Origin: a virus
Taxonomy: Duplodnaviria; Caudoviricetes
Length of the DNA stretch: 64,000 nucleotides
Strand: one strand, 5' to 3'
IMG/VR virus record: IMGVR_UViG_3300021255_000062
Span: 32,001 to 96,000 of that record
In this document: one piece after another, positions 27,704 to 39,900 of the stretch
Numbering within the stretch: position 1 is the first letter of the stretch
Layout: every line of letters starts with the position of its first letter
Position numbers and translations under genes: made by a program
Notes under the pieces: model-generated
Seen by the model: only the letters and a program-made list of their open reading frames with translations
What the model was told of the DNA's origin: nothing
Databases searched by the model: none

Positions 27704-29962
27704 ATGCAACACGTTAAAAAAAGAGATGGCAGAATCGTTAAATTTAATAAGAATAAAATTGTAGATGCTATATTAAAAGCTTTTAAACAAGTAGACGGTG
27801 AAATTTCCGACTACGCTTTAGAAAAAGCAAATAATATAGCTGATTTTATTAAAAACACAGACGATGAAATTTTAAATGTAGAAGAGATTCAAGACCTTGT
27901 AGAAAATGGATTGATGAGTCTAAAGAAAAAAGATGTAGCAAGGGCATATATTCTTTATCGTCAAGAAAGAGCTAGAATAAGAAATTGGAATACCGCTACA
28001 ATGGGTAAAATGGCAGAAAAACTAAATGCCTTAAACGTTCAAAATCAAAATGCTAATGTCGATGAATATTCATTTGGCGGCCGCAGAGGTGAGGCGGATT
28101 CAGTTATTTTTAAACAATATGCTCTTGATAATTTAATGAGTGAAACATCTCGCAATAACCATTTAAACAATGAAATTTATATTCATGATTTAGATAGTTA
28201 TGCACTTGGTATGCATAACTGTTTATCAATTCCTTTTGATGATTTATTAGCAAATGGTTTTAATACAAGGCAAACTGATGTACGACCAGCCAATTCTATT
28301 AATACAGCCTTTCAATTAGTTGCGGTTATTTTTCAGCTTCAATCACTTCAACAGTTTGGAGGTTGTTCTGCTACACATTTGGATTGGACTATGGTTCCAT
28401 ATGTAAGAAAAAGTTTTAGAAAACATTATATTGATGGTTTAAAATATATAGAGAACTTTAATGATGAAGAATATTTTAACCATATTCCTGAAAATGCATG
28501 CATTGAAGATGCAGAATACAAAAGTCGACCAAAAGCATATCGCTATGCCATGGATATGACCGAAAAAGAACTGCGCCAGGCGGTTGAGGGTATGTATCAT
28601 AATCTAAATACACTTCAATCTCGCAGTGGCAATCAATTACCATTCACTTCTATCAACTACGGTACTTGTACTTTACCAGAGGGGCGCATGGTAATTAAAG
28701 CTTTATTAGAGGGCAGTATCAATGGTGTAGGTAAACTTCATAAAACCCCAATTTTCCCATGTGGAATTTTTCAATGTATGAAAGGAGTAAATCGTGAACC
28801 TAGAGATCCCAATTATGACCTTTATAAACTCGCTCTCAAATCAACTGCCAAACGACTTTATCCTAACTATGCCAACGTGGACTGGTCAGGAAATGCAGGA
28901 TATGATCGTAACGATCCATGCACCTATTTCTCTACAATGGGATGCCGCACGGCAAACGGTTTTGATATCAATGGGTTTGGACAACTCAAAGATGGCAGGG
29001 GAAATATCTGTCCAGTAACAATTATTCTACCAACATTGGCTATGGAAGCTAGAGAGAAAGTTGAACAAGATAATAAGTATACTCCTTTTGCAATTACTAC
29101 AGCAGAAGATTGGGGAATAGAACATGATAGTTATGTGGAAGAATTTATAAATCTTCTTGATGAAAAAATTCATGAAGCTAAAGATATGTTAATTGAACGT
29201 TTCGAATATATTTGTTCCCAAGACGCATCGAGTGCAAAGTTCATGTATGAAAATGGGACAATGTTGGGATATAAACCAGAAGAAGGAATTAGAAGTGCAT
29301 TAAAGCATGGTACATTAGTAATTGGACAATTAGGACTTGCCGAAACATTGCAAATTCTTATTGGTAAAGATCATACGACTCCAGAAGGAATGGAAATTGC
29401 TAAACGTATTGAACAACTTTTTAAAGATAGGTGCGCTGAATTTAAGCAAAAATATAAACTAAATTTTGGCGTATACTACACACCAGCTGAAAATCTTTGC
29501 TATACAGCTATGAAAAAATTTAAAGAAACTTATGGTGAAATTCCTAATGTAAGCGATAGAGAATATTTTACTAACTCAATGCATGTACCTGTATGGAAAG
29601 AAATTTCTCCATTTGATAAAATTGACATAGAAGCAGAATTAACTGGTTACTCTAGTGCTGGATGTATTACTTATATAGAATTAGAGGGCGCAGTATTGAA
29701 GAATCTACCCGCCCTTGAACAAATTGTTAATTATGCCATGGATAAAGATATCCCATATTTTGCAATTAACGTTCCTAATGATACTTGTCTTGAATGTGGA
29801 TGGACTGGTGAAATAGGAGAACAATGTCCGGAATGTGGTTCTAAATCTATACAAAGACTTAGAAGAGTAACCGGATACTTAACTGGTGACTATAAAACTG
29901 CTTTTAATTATGGAAAACAGAAAGAAGTCGAAGAAAGATTCAGACATAGTGATAAATTATGA
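27704..29962 (+). CDS. nrdD: anaerobic (class III) ribonucleotide reductase
   Basis: ATP cone VKKRDG, YIHDLD, MGCRT, CxxC/CxxC, glycyl-radical loop RVTGYL. Confidence 0.95.
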   Translation: MQHVKKRDGRIVKFNKNKIVDAILKAFKQVDGEISDYALEKANNIADFIKNTDDEILNVEEIQDLVENGLMSLKKKDVARAYILYRQERARIRNWNTATMGKMAEKLNALNVQNQNANVDEYSFGGRRGEADSVIFKQYALDNLMSETSRNNHLNNEIYIHDLDSYALGMHNCLSIPFDDLLANGFNTRQTDVRPANSINTAFQLVAVIFQLQSLQQFGGCSATHLDWTMVPYVRKSFRKHYIDGLKYIENFNDEEYFNHIPENACIEDAEYKSRPKAYRYAMDMTEKELRQAVEGMYHNLNTLQSRSGNQLPFTSINYGTCTLPEGRMVIKALLEGSINGVGKLHKTPIFPCGIFQCMKGVNREPRDPNYDLYKLALKSTAKRLYPNYANVDWSGNAGYDRNDPCTYFSTMGCRTANGFDINGFGQLKDGRGNICPVTIILPTLAMEAREKVEQDNKYTPFAITTAEDWGIEHDSYVEEFINLLDEKIHEAKDMLIERFEYICSQDASSAKFMYENGTMLGYKPEEGIRSALKHGTLVIGQLGLAETLQILIGKDHTTPEGMEIAKRIEQLFKDRCAEFKQKYKLNFGVYYTPAENLCYTAMKKFKETYGEIPNVSDREYFTNSMHVPVWKEISPFDKIDIEAELTGYSSAGCITYIELEGAVLKNLPALEQIVNYAMDKDIPYFAINVPNDTCLECGWTGEIGEQCPECGSKSIQRLRRVTGYLTGDYKTAFNYGKQKEVEERFRHSDKL

Positions 29963-30447
29963 ATAGATATAATACAATAATTAAAAATGACATCGTAAAC
30001 GGAGAGGGAGTTTGTGTCTCCTTCTTCGTTCAGGGGTGTCCACATAGGTGCAAGGGATGTTTCAATCCCGAAACATGGAATTTTGAAAGCGGAAAACCAT
30101 ATACTGAAGAGACAAAGAAAGAAATTATTGAAGCTATCTCAGCAAATGGCATACAACGAAATTTTTCGGTCCTTGGCGGTGAACCATTAACATTATATAA
30201 TTTAGAAATGACTGAAGATATTGTCCGTTCAGTGCGCGCGGCCTATCCAGACATTAAAATTTATTTATGGACGGGATATTCTTTTGAAAATGTATCACAT
30301 CCAGATATTTTTAAATATATAGATGTAATAATAGATGGAAAATTTGTTAAAGATTTAAAAAATTTAAATTTAAAACTACGTGGAAGCTCTAACCAAAGAA
30401 TTTGGACTAAAGACGAGGATGGATTTTGGAAGGTACAAAATGATTGA
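29959..30447 (+). CDS. nrdG: NrdD activase (radical SAM)
   Basis: GCPHRCKGCFN, LGGEP, RGSSNQR. Confidence 0.95.
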   Translation: MNRYNTIIKNDIVNGEGVCVSFFVQGCPHRCKGCFNPETWNFESGKPYTEETKKEIIEAISANGIQRNFSVLGGEPLTLYNLEMTEDIVRSVRAAYPDIKIYLWTGYSFENVSHPDIFKYIDVIIDGKFVKDLKNLNLKLRGSSNQRIWTKDEDGFWKVQND

Positions 30448-30646
30448 AGATATTACTAAAGTTAAAGTTACGAAAATAGAAAAGATTTGCGAGATCCTTA
30501 AAGATAATAAAGTTGAAGAAACTTCTTTTGAATTTGTTATTGGAAGCTTGTTTCCTAAGGTCTATGAAAATATAAAAGAAGAACTTAGACGGCAATATAC
30601 TCTTGGATATACTGCTGGGTTAAAAAATATTAAAACGCCGAATTAA
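30440..30646 (+). CDS. hypothetical protein
   Basis: ORF overlapping the nrdG end; ATG at 30440. Confidence 0.55.
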   Translation: MIEDITKVKVTKIEKICEILKDNKVEETSFEFVIGSLFPKVYENIKEELRRQYTLGYTAGLKNIKTPN

Positions 30647-30659
30647 TTTTCGGCGTTTT
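30632..30659 (+). terminator. intrinsic terminator
   Basis: AAAACGCCGAA...TTCGGCGTTTT. Confidence 0.7.
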
Positions 30660-30664
30660 AAATT

Positions 30665-30693
30665 TTGACAAAAAAATTTTTTTGTGATATAAT
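30665..30693 (+). promoter_or_regulatory. consensus sigmaA promoter
   Basis: TTGACA-N17-TATAAT with extended TG. Confidence 0.85.
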
Positions 30694-30737
30694 ATATATA
30701 GAAAGTAAGAAATAGGATATAAGGCTAAGGAGATTAT

Positions 30738-31481
30738 ATGAATTTTAAAAGTACTGAGGTTTTTAACTTTGAAGGAGCGATAAGAGGGATGAGAAATCCT
30801 CTTAATTCATGGAACAAAAGTGATAGTTTTCAATGTAATGGTAAAGAATGTCACTTTGAACAATGCTCGGAATACAGCAAGGCAATAGAAAAAGGTTGCG
30901 ACAAAATAAGTAAATACATTATAGGTAAAAAAGATTTAGGATTGGCTCAAAAATTGATTAAGTCAGGACCAGAACACGCAAAATTTCTACGACAAATTTT
31001 TGTAAGTGTTGATATAACTGCACCACTTTATTGGTGGAAGGAAGCAGATACTTACAAAGTAGGCACAACTGCAAACTCAACTTCTACAATGCACAAATTA
31101 ACATCTTATCCAATTACAAAAGAGATGTTTGAATTAGATGATTTCTCCAATATGGACTTTTATGTTGATGATAGTGGAGATGGAAAGCCAATTATGTGGT
31201 ATATAAATGATGATATAGAAGATTTTATTTGGTTTTTAGAAAGTTTACGTCAAAGATATTTAGAAACAAAGAATAAAACTTACTGGCGCGCACTTGTACA
31301 GTTGCTTCCACAAGGTTGGTTGCAAACTCGGACATGGACGGCTAATTATGCAATATTAAGAAATATATACTTTCAACGTAAAAATCATAAATTAAAAGAA
31401 TGGCATCAATTTTGTGACTGGATTAAAACACTTCCATATAGCAAAGAGCTAATCACTCTAGGAGATGAAAATGAAAGTTAA
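30738..31481 (+). CDS. ThyX-like (flavin-dependent thymidylate synthase fold) protein
   Basis: GMRNP, HAKFLRQI, STSTMHK, LLPQGW, QRKNHKL; lies among nucleotide-metabolism genes. Confidence 0.6.
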   Translation: MNFKSTEVFNFEGAIRGMRNPLNSWNKSDSFQCNGKECHFEQCSEYSKAIEKGCDKISKYIIGKKDLGLAQKLIKSGPEHAKFLRQIFVSVDITAPLYWWKEADTYKVGTTANSTSTMHKLTSYPITKEMFELDDFSNMDFYVDDSGDGKPIMWYINDDIEDFIWFLESLRQRYLETKNKTYWRALVQLLPQGWLQTRTWTANYAILRNIYFQRKNHKLKEWHQFCDWIKTLPYSKELITLGDENES

Positions 31482-31722
31482 AGTTTTTACTAAAAATCAA
31501 AATGATAAAATTGAATTCACAGAAGATGAATTACGAAAATTACTTGATGAAATTTATAACGAGGGGTATTTAGATGGAAGAAAAAATAATTATATTTATA
31601 CTACCCCATATACTCATACATATCCATATACCGTTCGTTCAACTTCTACATCTGCTACTTCAGTAGATTGTTCAAATGAATTAAAAGCTACACTTAATAC
31701 CGAAGGAGAAATAAATAAATGA
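31471..31722 (+). CDS. hypothetical protein
   Basis: ORF with AGGAG SD. Confidence 0.6.
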   Translation: MKVKVFTKNQNDKIEFTEDELRKLLDEIYNEGYLDGRKNNYIYTTPYTHTYPYTVRSTSTSATSVDCSNELKATLNTEGEINK

Positions 31723-31940
31723 GATTAATTGAAAAAACAGAAAAATATGTCGTAGACAGCGAAAATGAAGCTATTGAGTTAATAAAGACATCAAAAAAAG
31801 ATGCTGAGGAAAAAAATTATACCCTTGGTTCTAGCGGTTATACTTATAAAACTAAAAAAGCAAAAGGCGAAATTATCGGAGAAGCTTGGGTAGTTTCAAT
31901 TAAAAAAATACTTGGCGGAGTGTGGGATGATTATGAATAA
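31719..31940 (+). CDS. hypothetical protein
   Basis: coupled ORF with SD. Confidence 0.65.
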   Translation: MRLIEKTEKYVVDSENEAIELIKTSKKDAEEKNYTLGSSGYTYKTKKAKGEIIGEAWVVSIKKILGGVWDDYE

Positions 31941-32820
31941 TGAATTAAATAACAAAGAAAAATCCATGGAGCAATTAGAAGAACTTTATAAAAACAATCC
32001 ACAATTTGCAGAAATGCTTGGCGGTTTAGAGGTTTTTAGTACCTTATTTGAAATGAATGAGGAAGATTTTATTAAAATTGCTCCATCAATTTATCAAATT
32101 TATAACGAAACTCTTAATGAACCCGCCACAGAAGCAGAATTTTCTACTTTGTTTGCATCTGGACAGTGGCAAATAGATGATTTAGAAAAGGAAGTTAATA
32201 TTGCCTACCTCGCCATTGATGATATAGAAGAATTAGAAAGTGTAAAAAAAGATTTCTTTAAAAGATTAGTTTCAACACTTGCTAATAAAATTAGAGAAGT
32301 ATATCATCGTAAAGCAATAGATATTCCATGTGAACTTAGCAACAATGTAAAACTACCTACCTATGCTAGACCAGGGGACGCGGGGATGGATATTGTTTCG
32401 CCGGAAGAATACACAATTAACCCAGGAGAAACAGTGATAATTCCGACTGGAATTAAAGTTGCAATCCCAGAAGGTTATGCAATTCTTATACAGCCGCGCA
32501 GTGGTCAATCAGTCAAAACAAAACTTCGAATTGCAAATAGTCCAGGGCTTATTGATTCAGGATATAGAGATGAAATTGGAGTCATTGTTGAAAATATTGA
32601 CCCACCTTTTAAAGACATAGATTATGAATTTGACAATAATGGAGAAATTCATATTAAATCTATTCTCCACGGACAACCTTATACTATCGCCAAAGGACAA
32701 AAATTCGCTCAAATGAGATTAGTAAGAGTGCCGACAATTAATTTTGTAAAAGTAGATTCGGTACAAAATATTGGAGAAAACCGTGGCGGAGGCTTCGGAC
32801 ATACTGATTTAAGTGAGTAA
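31933..32820 (+). CDS. dut: trimeric dUTPase with N-terminal extension
   Basis: AGMD, PRSG, GLIDSGYRDEI, AQ and RGGGFGHT motifs; start codon uncertain. Confidence 0.9.
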   Translation: MNNELNNKEKSMEQLEELYKNNPQFAEMLGGLEVFSTLFEMNEEDFIKIAPSIYQIYNETLNEPATEAEFSTLFASGQWQIDDLEKEVNIAYLAIDDIEELESVKKDFFKRLVSTLANKIREVYHRKAIDIPCELSNNVKLPTYARPGDAGMDIVSPEEYTINPGETVIIPTGIKVAIPEGYAILIQPRSGQSVKTKLRIANSPGLIDSGYRDEIGVIVENIDPPFKDIDYEFDNNGEIHIKSILHGQPYTIAKGQKFAQMRLVRVPTINFVKVDSVQNIGENRGGGFGHTDLSE

Positions 32821-33544
32821 AATTAAAATAGAAGATATAAGAAAGGCGGCGATAGAACATAATTGGACTTTACTTTCAGAAGAATATAAGAATTTAGATT
32901 CTGAATTAATATTTCGATGCAATGAAAGCCATAAAATTTATTTACCTTATAAAAAGGTAAGAGATAAATGGGAGTGTCCAATTTGTAAGCAAAATCAATA
33001 TAATAATTTTTCAAATGAAATAATACCTAAGAAAAAATCTACTCAGCGTACAATTGGTCTTGATCAAGCGACACATATAACAGGATATTCAATTTTCGAT
33101 GATGGAGAATTGGTTTATGCGGGAATTTTTGAAACTTGTGAAGAAGATGAAATATCTCGTGATATAGAAATAAAAAATTGGTTAATCCAATTGATTCAAA
33201 ATTGGAAACCAGACATAGTTGCATTAGAAGGAATACAACTTCAACAATTTAATAATAAAATGATAGGAGTTACAACTTATCAAACTCTTGCTAGATTACA
33301 GGGAATACTTATGGCAACTTGTCACGAACAAAAAATTGAATATGTAATTGTGCCGCCTGCTACGTGGCGCGCACACTGTCAGGTGAAGGGTAGAACCCGC
33401 GCAGATAGAAAGCGTTCAATGCAGATGAAAGTAAAGGAATGGTTTGATATAACTGTTTCTGATGATGTAGCTGATGCAATAGGTATTGGTAAATACGCAA
33501 ATGATAAACATAGAAGAAAAATAGAAATATTTAATTGGGAATAG
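32813..33544 (+). CDS. RuvC-like Holliday junction resolvase with N-terminal Zn domain
   Basis: IGLDQAT..TGYSI, VALE and DDVADAIGIG motifs. Confidence 0.8.
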   Translation: MSKIKIEDIRKAAIEHNWTLLSEEYKNLDSELIFRCNESHKIYLPYKKVRDKWECPICKQNQYNNFSNEIIPKKKSTQRTIGLDQATHITGYSIFDDGELVYAGIFETCEEDEISRDIEIKNWLIQLIQNWKPDIVALEGIQLQQFNNKMIGVTTYQTLARLQGILMATCHEQKIEYVIVPPATWRAHCQVKGRTRADRKRSMQMKVKEWFDITVSDDVADAIGIGKYANDKHRRKIEIFNWE

Positions 33545-33553
33545 GGGGTTATT

Positions 33554-33940
33554 ATGATAACTATTACAATGAAACAAGTCATTGATTTTAGAAATAACGA
33601 GGAATTTCTCACTAGGGCTAATCTTCCTTTGAAAGGTGCATATAAAATTAATAAAATTAGGAAGGCCCTTGAAAAAGAAGGGGATTTTTATTCTACCAAA
33701 TTTCAAGAAATTATTAATACGTATGCGAAAAAAGATGAAAATGGAGAATTAATTTTTAGTGAAGATGGAGAACAAATTATAATTCAAGATGATAAAATTG
33801 AAGAGTGCAATCAGGCTCTTGTAGAACTTCAAGAACTAAAAATAGAGGTTGATAACTATAACTTAACTATTGATGATTTAGGGGAAGATTTAAAATGCAC
33901 TCCTGATGAATTAGAAGCATTAATGCCATTTTTGAGTTAA
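33554..33940 (+). CDS. conserved phage protein (DUF1617-like)
   Basis: AYKINK...YAKKDENGE pattern. Confidence 0.5.
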   Translation: MITITMKQVIDFRNNEEFLTRANLPLKGAYKINKIRKALEKEGDFYSTKFQEIINTYAKKDENGELIFSEDGEQIIIQDDKIEECNQALVELQELKIEVDNYNLTIDDLGEDLKCTPDELEALMPFLS

Positions 33941-33943
33941 TTT

Positions 33944-33977
33944 AAAAAGAGGTCGTTTTATAAACGACCTCTTTTTT
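33944..33977. terminator. bidirectional terminator between replication and structural modules
   Basis: AAAAAGAGGTCGTTT-TAT-AAACGACCTCTTTTTT. Confidence 0.88.
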
Positions 33978-33978
33978 A

Positions 33979-36900
33979 TTATCTAAAATTTCGTACTTGA
34001 GCTACATTCCTATAACCAGCACTTTTAACAATTTCTTTTTTAACCTTTGTTATAATTCTGTTTACGTCATAATCATCAGCAATTTTATCAACATTAATAT
34101 TTATATTAAATTCACTGTTGGCATAAGAATTATTACTTGAATTGGTTGATCCAATTACTTTGCTCAATATATCTCGAAGTGCTATAAAATTTTTAGTATC
34201 TGTTGAATTAAGTACCAATTCTGGTTTAGATGGAGTACCATCAAGCCAAGCAGGACCAGTATAATTCGCTAAACCACCTGTTGCAAATTTTAAAGCGGTA
34301 GCATTTTTATAATTTTTATGTTTTTTAATCTCAGCATAAGTATTAGGATTATTTTTCAAAGTCTTGATTGCACTAGCTAAACTTCCATTTCCATCCGGCC
34401 ATGTCTTGACTAAATTATACCTATCAATTCCTTCGGCACCTAAAATAGCTTTAAAAATATTATTCCAAGTAAATGGATCAGAACCACCTGTTCCATCAAC
34501 TAAATGCTGTAAGACGGAAGCTTTACCATAGCCTGCCTTTGATCCTAAGTCAAATAAATCATTAATATGCTCTTTCTTTACACTTGCTGGTTTAATTTGT
34601 TTTACTTCTCTTAATTTATTAATATAAGCATCATATTTAGCCTGTTTATCAGCAGCGGCCTTTGCAGCAGCGGCTTTCTCTGCCGCTTCCTTTTCTGCTT
34701 TTGCTGCGGCCGCAGCCTTTGCAGACTCATCAGCTGCCGCCTTTGTTTTTTCAACAGTAGCCTCGGTATATCCTCCCTTTTCAAGCTCATCCAAAGTGAA
34801 ACCTGCGGATTTTGCATTTCCATAAGATACATTTCCTGATTTAAAGGCTGAAGCCCCAAAACCTGCTTGTTTAATTTGTTGGTAAGAATAGCCCGATTGT
34901 TGAAAATCATTAACAGTATATTTACCTACCGTACGTAAATCACTCAAAGAAGCGCCATATATCTTTTGCGCTTGTGCAGCAGTATATTTATCTTGTTTTG
35001 CCGTTGCCAAGGTTTGAGTTTGTTGTTTTACATAAGTTTCAATAGTTGATATAATACTTTCTATGCTTTGGATTTTTGTGCCCAAATCATTTTGTTTCTG
35101 TTGGTTGGTTATTAAACCATTATAGAATTCATTAAATTCTGTTTCAATTTGCTCTCGTTCAGCTTTAGTAACTTCATCGTAATCATTTTTTGAATAATAG
35201 GCAGCACGAATTTCTTCCCCAAAAGCTTCCGGATTTGCCATCCACTCATTAACTTTTTCTATATTATTAACAGAATCAACTAATGTTTCTTGTAACTCAA
35301 TTTGACGTTCTCTCTGCTCTGCCGCGAGATCGGCTTGCTGTTGAAGTTTATCTAATAATTGATCTTCAAGAGAAGTTTGATAACTTTGTTGTGCTTCAGA
35401 GATTTCTTTTTCTAACTGAGCAATTTCAACTTGATTTCCTCCAGAAGTATCAGCACGTAATGCCGCTAATCTTTGCTGTTTCTGACTAATATCTCGTTCA
35501 GTTTTGGTATTCTCCTCTTGCTTTCTTCGCTCGTCAAGTTTTCCTTTAACATCATCTAAAAGTTTATTTAATGCTTCTTTAACTGAATCAGATAATTGTT
35601 TGATTTTATCTATTTTTTCTTTTTCATAGGTTTCACTTATTTCGGTTAGTTCTTTACCATAGTTTGCCCATTCATCCTGTAAAGATTCAAGTTGAGTATA
35701 ATATTCGGTAGCTTCTTTTGTAAGCTCTTCATAATTTTTCTGCAAGTCGGTGCTAGCTTCTTGTAATTTCTTCACCCAATCTTGTACGGCTTTAGCCATA
35801 TCACTGGTAATATTACCATTTGAACGTTCATTTTCAAAGGCTGTGGTATCAAACTGTATATCAATAGTGCCATCAGCTCGTTGAGTTATATTAGTAAACC
35901 TACGAGCCATATCTTCGGCAGACAGTTGTTTTTCAAGTTCTTCCTTATACTGCTTGTAGCCTGCTCGCTGAGTTTCATTTAAGGCAATACCACTTGCAGT
36001 TTCATTATATTCCTGTTGTAATTTGTTAATTTGATTTGCTAAGGCTGTATTATCGTTAATGGTTTTATTGTAATCAGTTATCTGTTTTTTCAGATTGTTT
36101 TGTTGAGTTTTTAAATTCTTGAGTTCTTTTTTCTGAGCCTTAGAAAGTTTTTTCTTCTTATTTAATTTATTAATTTTTTCTTGAACCTTATCAAGATTAG
36201 CTTGAGTAACTTCTCTATTCTTTACCGCATTATCATAATTTGTTTTTGCTTGTTTAGCTTGGTCAAGTTTAGCTTTTTTATTAGCTTTTTGAGTCGCTTG
36301 TGCATCTGCATTTAGTCTACTATTTACATCGGCTAAGAATTTCTTTTCATCTCCCGAATTTAAAATATTTTGTAGATTCTGTTGGCTCGCAGCGATTGCA
36401 TCTTGTCTATCTTCTAATAATTGATTTTGGGTTTCTAATTTACTTCTAAAATTAGTTAAATCTTTACTTTTTGAACCAGCCCCCGCAGCTAATTTTCCAG
36501 TAGAAAGCTGAGCCTTTAATAATTCTTCATAAGCATCATTTCTACTCATACGAGATTGAGCTTGGTCAATCCTTTGAGTTATATTCCAAATTCTAGTTAA
36601 CTCATTTTCCCAAGCAAAGAAAGTATTGTATAACTCTTCGCTAAACTTTTCAAGCGCCTCTTGAGCTTTCTCAATGTTATCTTCAGCGGTGTTTCTCTTT
36701 GAAATTCTATCATTGATTTCTTTATTAAGTGCATCTCTTAAGGCTTTACGTTCATCTTTGTTTTTAACCTTATTAAGCGCGGCTTGGTCAATAACATAAG
36801 TACCGTCTTGCTCTTTTATATAGCCAGCAGTAGCAACAGTTTTATTAACTGTTTTCTTTTTCTTGCCGCCCTTACTATAAGAAATTTGAACTGCTCCGCC

Positions 36901-39900
36901 TTCTTCAGCATTAAAAGCATCTTTATTAGCATTTTTCTTTTTAGCTTGTTGCGCAGCAGTACCTTTATCTAAATTAGTTAATTCTTTTCTAGCTTGATTT
37001 AACTGATCGGTATATAACTTAATTGCTTTTCTTGTATTATCAATAAAAGCATTACCGCCGCCAGTTGTGCCAGTAGTTTTTAATGTTGCTCGAAGTTCTT
37101 TAAGATATTTTTCGTAGGTTTTTTGATTTTTATCTGCTCTACGCTGCGCAGCATCGGCTAAACGTGTGATGTTTTCCCACCATACAACGATGTTAGAGAT
37201 TGCTGCTACGTTAGCTGCATCTTTCGAACTTCCGGTACCTTTTTTACTACTTTTACTCTTTTTAGATTTTTTACTGCTTTTACTACTTTTACTGCTTTTA
37301 CTACTCTTATTAGTACTTTTTGAAGGCTTGCGCCGCCCGCTATGAGAACCAGCATCAATACTTTTTCTCTTAAGTATATCCTCAGACTGCTCGTGTGTAT
37401 ATACAACAGCATCTTCGGGCAAGGTGATCATCTGAGGTCCACCAACACCCAAAATCATAGAACGATTCTCTGATGGAAGCCAAGCAATTTCATAGCCTTT
37501 TTCACCAGTTAACGTTAAACCACCCTTGTCTTTTGGCCCAATAGTACCATAAGGTCCTCTAGCAGCTGAACCAAAGGTCGGAGCAGAATGATATTGAATA
37601 TGATTATTTTTACCAGTTGCAGCCTTAGTAATTTTAACAGATTTAGTCCAAGGACCTCTAAAATCCGCAGTAATAGGAACTTTTAAATGGGGTACTTTCG
37701 ATTTTAAAGCATTCAAAGCATTTCTAGCACCGTTGTCTATTGCTGTCGGTATTTTTATAAGCTTAGCCTTTATAGAATTAATTGTATTTTGTGCGGTATT
37801 TGTAGCTTTAGTTTGAACAGTATGTGTAGATGTCGTATTTTTTGGTTGTGATGTCTGTTGTTTAGTTTGTTTTTGTTGCTTTGATTGAGTAGTTTTGGTT
37901 GTTACGTTAGTAACAACACCACTTAATTTAACTGGTTCACCAGAAACTTGACCATTTTTTTCTATCTTAGAAATAGAACCCTCTACGCCTTTTATTTTTT
38001 TCGCTTCATCCGCTACCTTAAGCGAGGTAGCTTCAACAAGAGCTTTAACAGTTGGCCCTTGTTTATTTCCACCAAATAATTTGCTAAGAGGATTTCCTTT
38101 CTCTTGCTCGCCAAATTCAAGTTTTCCTATAACAGAAACTGTAGGTTTGGTTGCAGGTTCTATAGTTTCTATTACATTTCCAATAATGTCCATTGTTCCA
38201 GTTCCAGGAATCTTAAGACCACCCGTTCCTCCCGTTCCTCCTGCCATCGTACCAACGGGAGTAATTCCTCTGGCTCCAGTTCCAACACGACCTACTGAAC
38301 CACTATTCTTTTTAATACGTTTTGTTTGATCGGCGTTCCAAACAACGGCATCTTTAGATATGTTAGCAAATTGCGGGCCATTAGAGCCGACCATATAGGC
38401 TTCATTACGCTTTGGCTCCCATACAAGTTCTTCTCCTTCTTCTCCAGTAAGGGTTGGACGTCCAGAAATTGTATATCCACCACGAGAGCCTCGTGCCATC
38501 GTGCCTGTTCGATGGAAAGCAGAATTGGGATTGTTTTGACCTGAAGCCTTTGCCGACTGTACACCACTTTTTACGTCTGTAATATTTGCGGTGGCATTGA
38601 TTTCAAAAGTTGTGTTTTTTAACTGATCCTGTAATGCTTTTTGGTTAAGAGTGACATTTCCCTCTTTTCCGGTAAGATCTCCCTCTTTAAATTTAGTACC
38701 AAGTCCATCATTGATGGCTTTTCTCATACTTTCGGGATCTATCTTCCATTCGTTCATTTTATTGACTATACCATTGATAGCATCACGTTGCTGAGATTCG
38801 TTTAGATTAGAAAGTTCTTGTCTATGTTCGGCTAAGTATGAACTTACTGCATTAGCAATATCTTTTCCAGTAGCTTCTCCGTTCTCTTCTTTGGTTTTAT
38901 TGTATACGTTTTGTAGTCCTTTATCATTAACATTATTCGCACCAAAAGTAAAGCCCGGTCCAAAAAGTTGGGAAGAGGTTGTTTGATTTAGATTAGATTC
39001 TTCGGATTTTTTTATTAATGCAGACCAATCAATTGATTTCATGGCATTAACAATTTGATCACCAATGGTTTGTCCAACTGTAACCCACTGGCTAGATTCG
39101 GTCATAGAGCTAATTTGTTCTTTAAACTCTTCAAGATTTAAACCCTCATCTAACCTTTGTCCTTCATAAGAAAAATCCTTTTTTGCATTTTGAGCTTGCT
39201 CATAAGCTTTATAAGCCATTTGAATGGCCTGCTCGTCATCCATACCCCTTTGTTTTGCATCGGATTGTACTTTTGAAATATCAAATCTTTTATTTTCATC
39301 TAAAAATTGTTCTTGTTTATAAAGGGGCTTTCCTTTAAAAACTTTTTTCTGATATTCACTAAATAATTTATCGTAATTAGTTATAGCCTTTCCGTCTTTG
39401 GTAACTTGTAAAGCATGAGCTTTTAATGCATCTACAGAAGTACCCGCAGCTGCAGCTAACTCTGCTAAAGCCTCCTCACCACCAGGAGCGCTTTCAATCA
39501 TTTCTATCTCACTGTTTGATAAAACTAATTTTCCATTCGTATCCTTATGTTCGTCTTTAAAATCATCTGTCGTAATAGCCTTTTTTAAATCATTGGCTGC
39601 TAACTTTGTCGCTTCAGTTTCATTATAATTTAAAATATCTTGTAAAAATAGCTTGGCATACTCTTCAGAAACTCCATAAGCTTTTTGGAAATAAGTCTCC
39701 AACTCATCGGTAGTTAACTCACCAAAATTCCATTGCATAAATCCATTCTTATCCCAACGGACCCTAAGGTCTTTAAATTTATTTCCGAGTGTTTCACTTA
39801 TCTCTTTTTCACTTACGGCTTTATCTATATTACTAATAATACTTTTTCCATTTATTCCTTTTTTAGCCATGATATCATCATAAGCTGCTTGGAAACCATT

